From the NCBI RefSeq assembly GCF_009914755.1, contig NC_060939.1: a stretch of 64,000 bases of DNA. One strand, 5' to 3'. The notes under the pieces are model-generated. The model worked only from the letters and a program-made list of their open reading frames with translations, searched no databases and was not told the DNA's origin. A program made the translations under genes and the position numbers. Within the stretch, counting starts at the first letter, position 1. The number at the start of each line of letters is the position of its first letter. This DNA is from the human T2T-CHM13v2.0 reference genome, Homo sapiens. Below, piece by piece: positions 57,784 to 64,000 of this stretch.

Positions 57784-59562
57784 TTGAGTCCATTCAATTC
57801 CATTCCTTTCGTTTCCATTCCATTTGATGCCATTCCATTCAATTCTGTTCTACTCGACTCCAATACATTCAATTCCATTCCATCCGATTCCATTACATTC
57901 TTTTCATTTCTTATCCATTTCAAGCCATTCCACTCCATTCCATTCCACTCGTTTCCTTTCCATTCGAGTCCATTCCTCTCCAGTCCATTCCGTTCAATCC
58001 ATTCCATTCCAGTCCATTCCATTCGAGTCCGTTCCATTCCAGTCCATTCCATTCGAGTCAATTCCATTCCATTCGATGTCTTTCCATAACGATCCATTCC
58101 ATTCTATTCCTTTCGATTCCATTCCATTCTATTTCATTCCATTCGATTCCCTTCCATTGGACTCCTTTCCATTCGAGTGCATTCCATTCCGTTCCATTTC
58201 TTTCCGTTCTGTACGATTCCTACCGTTCGATTTCATTTTGTTCCAGTCCATTCCTTTCGCGTCCATTCCATTCCATTTCACTCCATTCGATTCCATTCCA
58301 CTCGATTCCACTTCGTTCCATTTCATTGCATTCCATTCTATTCAACTCTATTGCCTTCCATTCCATTCCATTCGATTACATTCCATGCGATTCCATTCGA
58401 AATCGAATCAATTACATTGCAAACCATTACTATTGAGTCCGTTTTATTCCAGTCCACTGCATTCTGGTCCATTCCATTTGATTCCATTCCATTCTATTCC
58501 ATTCCATACAGTTGCATTCCATTGGATTCCATGCTATATCTATAAATTCAATTCGAGACCATTGCTTTTGAGTCCATTCTATATGATTCCATTCCATTCA
58601 AGTCCATTACATTTGGTTCAATTCCATTCCATTCCATTCCCTTTCATTCCATTCCATTTGATATCAATCCATTCGATTCCATTCCATTCGAGCACATTCC
58701 ATTCGAGTCCATTCCATTCGATGCCATTCCATTTGATTCTATTCCATTAGTCTCCATTCAATTCCATTAATCTCCATTCCATTCCATTCTACTCCTACTG
58801 ATTCAATTCCATTCTATTCCTTTCCATTCCATTTCATTCCATTCCATTCCATTTCATTCCATTCCATTCCATTCGTGTCCATTCCACTCCAGTCCATTCC
58901 ATTCGTGTCCATTCCATTCCAGTCCATTCCATTTGTGTCCACTGCATTCCATTCCACTCCATTCCATATTATTCCATTACACTCCATTCCATTCTATTAC
59001 TTTCATTTCCATTCAATTCCATTCCATTTGATTCCATTCCACTCGGTTTCATTCCATTTGAGTCCACTCCATTCCATTCCATTAAATTCCATTCAGTTCC
59101 ATTCCATTCCGTTCCATAACATTCCATTCCATTCGGTACCATTACATATTGTTCCATTCGATTCCATTCGAATCCATTCCATTCCAGTCCATTCCATTCG
59201 ATTCCATTCCATTCATTTCAATTCCATTCCATTCCATTCCATTCCATTCCACTTGATTCCTCTCCATTCCCTTCCACTGCATTCCGTTCGATTCCATTCC
59301 ATTGCATTGCATTCCATTCCATTGGATTGCATTCCATTCGATTCCATTCCATTCGAATCAATTACATAGCAATCCATTACATTCGAGTCTATTCTATTCC
59401 GTTCCATTCGATTTCGTTCCAATCCATTCGATTCCATTCCATTCGATTCCATTCCATACTATTGCATTCCATTCGATTACATTATATTCGAATAAGTTCC
59501 ATTCAAGACCATTTCTTTTGAGTCCATTCTATTTGAGTCCATTCCCTTTGATTCCATAACAT
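57784..59562 (+). repeat. Variant (B'-subtype) unit U33, 1779 bp, apparent copy of U26
   Basis: Shares every private variant of U26 that I could see, at offset 12643. Confidence 0.92.
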
Positions 59563-62500
59563 TTGAGTCCATTCAATTCCATTCCTTTCGTTTCCATTCC
59601 ATTTGATGCCATTCCATTCAATTCTGTTCTACTCGACTCCAATACATTCAATTCCATTCCATCCGATTCCATTACATTCTTTTCATTTCTTATCCATTTC
59701 AAGCCATTCCACTCCATTCCATTCCACTCGTTTCCTTTCCATTCGAGTCCATTCCTCTCCAGTCCATTCCGTTCAATCCATTCCATTCCAGTCCATTCCA
59801 TTCGAGTCCGTTCCATTCCAGTCCATTCCATTCGAGTCAATTCCATCCCATTCGATGTCTTTCCATAACGATCCATTCCACTCTATTCCTTTCGATTCCA
59901 TTCCATTCTATTTCATTCCATTCGATTCCCTTCCATTGGACTCCTTTCCATTCGAGTGCATTCCATTCCGTTCCATTTCTTTCCGTTCTGTACGATTCCT
60001 ACCGTTCGATTTCATTTTCTTCCAGTCCATTCTTTCGCGTCCATGCCATTCCATTTCACTCCATTCGATTCCATTCCACTCGATTCCACTCCGTTCCATT
60101 TCATTGCATTCCATTCTATTCAACTCTATTGCCTTCCATTCCATTCCATTCGATTACATTCCATGCGATTCCATTCGAAATCGAATCAATTACATTGCAA
60201 TCCATTACTATTGAGTCCGTTTTATTCCAGTCCACTGCATTCTGGTCCATTCCATTTGATTCCATTCCATTCTATTCCATTCCATACAGTTGCATTCCAT
60301 TGGATTCCATGCTATATCTATAAATTCAATTCGAGACCATTGCTTTTGAGTCCATTCTATATGATTCCATTCCATTCAAGTCCATTACATTTGGTTAAAT
60401 TCCATTCCATTCGGTTCAATTCCATTCCATTCCATTCCCTTCCATTCCATTCCAGTTGATATCAATCCATTCGATTCCATTCCATTCGAGCACATTCCAT
60501 TCGAATCCATTCCATTCGATGCCATTCCATTTGATTCTATTCCATTAGTCTCCATTCAATTCCATTAATCTCCATTCCATTCCATTCTACTCCAACTGAT
60601 TCCATTCCATTCTATTCCTTTCCATTCCATTTCATTCCATTCCATTCCATTCCATTCCATTCCATTCGTGTCCATTCCACTCCAGTCCATTCCATTCGTA
60701 TCCATTGCATTCCAGTCCATTCCATTTGTGTCCACTGCATTCCATTCCACTCCATTCCATATTATTCCATTACACTCCATTCCATTCTATTACTTTCATT
60801 TCCATTCAATTCCATTCCATTTGATTCCATTCCACTCGGTTTCATTCCATTTGAGTCCACTCCATTCCATTCCATTCCATTCAGTTCCATTCCATTCTGT
60901 TCCATTCCATTCCGTTCCATTACATTCCATTCCATTCGGTACCATTCCATATTGTTCCATTCGATTCCATTCGAATCCATTCCATTCCAGTCCATTCCAT
61001 TCGATTCCATTCCATTCATTTCAATTCCATTCCATTCCATTCCATTACATTCCACTTGATTCCTCTCCATTCCCTTCCACTGCATTCCGTTCGATTCCAT
61101 TCCATTGCATTGCATTCCATTCCATTGGATTGCATTCCATTCGATTCCATTCCACTCGAATCAATTACATAGCAATCCATTACATTCGAGTCTATTCTCT
61201 TCCGTTCCATTCGATTTCGTTCCAATCCATTCGATTCCATTCCATTCGATTCCATTCCATACTATTGCATTCCATTCGATTACATTATATTCGAATAAGT
61301 TCCATTCAAGACCATTTCTTTTGAGTCCATTCTATTTGAGTCCATTCCCTTTGATTCCATAACATTTGAGTCCATTCAATTCCATTCCTTTCGTTTCCAT
61401 TCCATTTGATGCCATTCCATTCAATTCTGTTCTACTCGACTCCAATACATTCAATTCCATTCCATCCGATTCCATTACATTCTTTTCATTTCTTATCCAT
61501 TTCAAGCCATTCCACTCCATTCCATTCCACTCGTTTCCTTTCCATTCGAGTCCATTCCTCTCCAGTCCATTCCGTTCAATCCATTCCATTCCAGTCCATT
61601 CCATTCGAGTCCGTTCCATTCCAGTCCATTCCATTCGAGTCAATTCCATTCCATTCGATGTCTTTCCATAACGATCCATTCCATTCTATTCCTTTCGATT
61701 CCATTCCATTCTATTTCATTCCATTCGATTCCCTTCCATTGGACTCCTTTCCATTCGAGTGCATTCCATTCCGTTCCATTTCTTTCCGTTCTGTACGATT
61801 CCTACCGTTCGATTTCATTTTGTTCCAGTCCATTCTTTCGCGTCCATTCATTCCATTTCACTCCATTCGATTCCATTCCACTCGATTCCACTTCGTTCCA
61901 TTTCATTGCATTCCATTCTATTCAACTCTATTGCCTTCCATTCCATTCCATTCGATTACATTCCATGCGATTCCATTCGAAATCGAATCAATTACATTGC
62001 AATCCATTACTATTGAGTCCGTTTTATTCCAGTCCACTGCATTCTGGTCCATTCCATTTGATTCCATTCCATTCTATTCCATTCCATACAGTTGCATTCC
62101 ATTGGATTCCATGCTATATCTATAAATTCAATTCGAGACCATTGCTTTTGAGTCCATTCTATATGATTCCATTCCATTCAAGTCCATTACATTTGGTTAA
62201 ATTCCATTCCATTCGGTTCAATTCCATTCCATTCCATTCCCTTCCATTCCATTCCAGTTGATATCAATCCATTCGATTCCATTCCATTCGAGCACATTCC
62301 ATTCGAGTCCATTCCATTCGATGCCATTCCATTTGATTCTATTCCATTAGTCTCCATTCAATTCCATTAATCTCCATTCCATTCCATTCTACTCCAACTG
62401 ATTCCATTCCATTCTATTCCTTTCCATTCCATTTCATTCCATTCCATTCCATTCCATTCCATTCCATTCCATTCCATTCGTGTCCATTCCACTCCAGTCC

Positions 62501-63177
62501 ATTCCATTCGTATCCATTCCATTCCAGTCCATTCCATTTGTGTCCACTGCATTCCATTCCACTCCATTCCATATTATTCCATTACACTCCATTCCATTCT
62601 ATTACTTTCATTTCCATTCAATTCCATTCCATTTGATTCCATTCCACTCGGTTTCATTCCATTTGAGTCCACTCCATTCCATTCCATTCCATTCAGTTCC
62701 ATTCCATTCTGTTCCATTCCATTCCGTTCCAATACATTCCATTCCATTCGGTACCATTCCATATTGTTCCATTCGATTCCATTCGAATCCATTCCATTCC
62801 AGTCCATTCCATTCGATTCCATTCCATTCATTTCAATTCCATTCCATTCCATTCCATTACATTCCACTTGATTCCTCTCCATTCCCTTCCACTGCATTCC
62901 GTTCGATTCCATTCCATTGCATTGCATTCCATTCCATTGGATTGCATTCTATTCGATTCCATTCCATTCGAATCAATTACATAGCAATCCATTACATTCG
63001 AGTCTATTCTCTTCCGTTCCATTCGATTTCGTTCCAATCCATTCGATTCCATTCCATTCGATTCCATTCCATACTATTGCATTCCATTCGATTACATTAT
63101 ATTCGAATAAGTTCCATTCAAGACCATTTCTTTTGAGTCCATTCTATTTGAGTCCATTCCCTTTGATTCCATAACAT

Positions 63178-64000
63178 TTGAGTCCATTCAATTCCATTCC
63201 TTTCGTTTCCATTCCATTTGATGCCATTCCATTCAATTCTGTTCTACTCGACTCCAATACATTCAATTCCATTCCATCCGATTCCATTACATTCTTTTCA
63301 TTTCTTATCCATTTCAAGCCATTCCACTCCATTCCATTCCACTCGTTTCCTTTCCATTCGAGTCCATTCCTCTCCAGTCCATTCCGTTCAATCCATTCCA
63401 TTCCAGTCCATTCCATTCGAGTCCGTTCCATTCCAGTCCATTCCATTCGAGTCAATTCCATTCCATTCGATGTCTTTCCATAACGATCCATTCCATTCTA
63501 TTCCTTTCGATTCCATTCCATTCTATTTCATTCCATTCGATTCCCTTCCATTGGACTCCTTTCCATTCGAGTGCATTCCATTCCGTTCCATTTCTTTCCG
63601 TTCTGTACGATTCCTACCGTTCGATTTCATTTTGTTCCAGTCCATTCCTTTCGCGTCCATTCCATTCCATTTCACTCCATTCGATTCCATTCCACTCGAT
63701 TCCACTTCGTTCCATTTCATTGCATTCCATTCTATTCAACTCTATTGCCTTCCATTCCATTCCATTCGATTACATTCCATGCGATTCCATTCGAAATCGA
63801 ATCAATTACATTGCAAACCATTACTATTGAGTCCGTTTTATTCCAGTCCACTGCATTCTGGTCCATTCCATTTGATTCCATTCCATTCTATTCCATTCCA
63901 TACAGTTGCATTCCATTGGATTCCATGCTATATCTATAAATTCAATTCGAGACCATTGCTTTTGAGTCCATTCTATATGATTCCATTCCATTCAAGTCCA
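63178..64000 (+). repeat. Partial unit U36, B-type 5' half
   Basis: ATTCCTTTCGCG near 63645 and GCAAACC near 63813; truncated by the window end. Confidence 0.88.

Larger units (their letters stand above)
32472..60700 (+). repeat. ~12.65 kb (7-unit) higher-order tandem duplication, ~2.2 periods
   Basis: Unit-specific variants recur 7 units apart (offsets 12643-12669): U19/26/33, U20/27/34, U21/28, U22/29, U24/31, U25/32. Confidence 0.88.
34..63177 (+). repeat. Tandem array of 35 complete ~1.8 kb units (1779-1817 bp) with one KpnI site each; probable D15Z1 (chr15p HSat3 1.8 kb KpnI family)
   Basis: Seen: unique landmarks (CTGTACGATTCCTACC, GCTATATCTATAAATTC, GATATC, CCAACTGA, GGTACC, GAATAAGTTC) and the ORF track recur every ~1804 bp ((63178-34)/35). 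Established: D15Z1 is a 1.8 kb KpnI satellite III repeat of chr15 heterochromatin. The periodicity is certain; the chromosome assignment is inference. Confidence 0.8.
1..64000 (+). repeat. Human satellite III (HSat3) array, degenerate (CATTC)n, C/T-rich strand on +, extending beyond both window edges
   Basis: Seen: CATTC/ATTCC pentamers from first to last base with HSat3-type variants (CATTCGATTC, CATTCGAGTC, CATTTGATTC). The + strand is G-poor throughout, with no strand switch and no non-satellite insert. It lacks the recurring CATTCGATGATG-type longer motif typical of HSat2. Confidence 0.97.

Noticed and set aside
34-63939. Hundreds of ORFs of 60-308 aa (IPFHS-rich on +, MEWNG-rich on -)
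   Set aside because: The pure pentamer has no stop codon in any frame, so ORFs are expected. They overlap in several frames, often start at non-ATG codons, show no recognisable domain, and are freely frameshifted by 1-bp and 5-bp indels between units.
1-64000. CRISPR-like or repeat-spacer system
   Set aside because: There are no unique spacers and no cas or other genes. The sequence between landmarks is itself near-identical between units.
1-64000. Embedded Alu/L1/other transposon, alpha satellite, CENP-B box or inversion
   Set aside because: No poly-A tail, GC-rich insert, 171-bp period or switch to GGAAT on the + strand was seen. All unit spacings stay within 1779-1817 bp, leaving no room for an insertion.
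1-64000. Assignment to DYZ1 (Yq12) or HSat2 (chr1 1.77 kb / chr16)
   Set aside because: The period is 1.8 kb rather than ~3.5 kb, no EcoRI (GAATTC) or HaeIII (GGCC) site per unit was noticed, and HSat2-type ATGATG motifs are absent.

Overview
The whole 64 kb window is one uninterrupted, single-orientation array of human-type classical satellite III (HSat3, degenerate (CATTC)n on the + strand, (GAATG)n on the - strand). It is organised as about 35.5 tandem copies of a ~1.8 kb unit (35 complete units, 1779-1817 bp, mean ~1804 bp). Each unit carries one KpnI site (GGTACC) and one EcoRV site (GATATC). A 1.8 kb KpnI HSat3 repeat is the classical description of D15Z1 on chromosome 15p; that assignment is inferred, not tested by alignment. 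I found no genes, transposons, RNA genes or CRISPR arrays. All listed ORFs are translations of the pentamer (IPFHS / MEWNG) that recur once per unit. I did not find a new coding system. The informative signal is the array's internal architecture: (i) the 1.8 kb unit looks like an ancient diverged dimer (~985 + ~827 bp); (ii) a distinct short 'B' unit type recurs at spacings of 4, 11, 7, 7 and 3 units; (iii) private variants reveal nested block duplications of 1, 3, 7, 9 and 11 units, including an incipient ~12.65 kb 7-mer higher-order repeat; (iv) some units are mosaic, with four-gamete evidence of inter-unit recombination or conversion; (v) one perfect (CATTC)n tract per unit accounts for most length variation. 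Unit numbering uses the recurring TTGAGTCCATTCAATTCC anchor: U1=34, U2=1846, U3=3639, U4=5452, U5=7231, U6=9039, U7=10846, U8=12649, U9=14433, U10=16246, U11=18058, U12=19851, U13=21664, U14=23472, U15=25280, U16=27083, U17=28881, U18=30674, U19=32472, U20=34256, U21=36069, U22=37882, U23=39699, U24=41512, U25=43324, U26=45141, U27=46920, U28=48733, U29=50545, U30=52347, U31=54160, U32=55972, U33=57784, U34=59563, U35=61366, U36=63178 (partial). All comparisons were made by eye, so some variants may have been missed.
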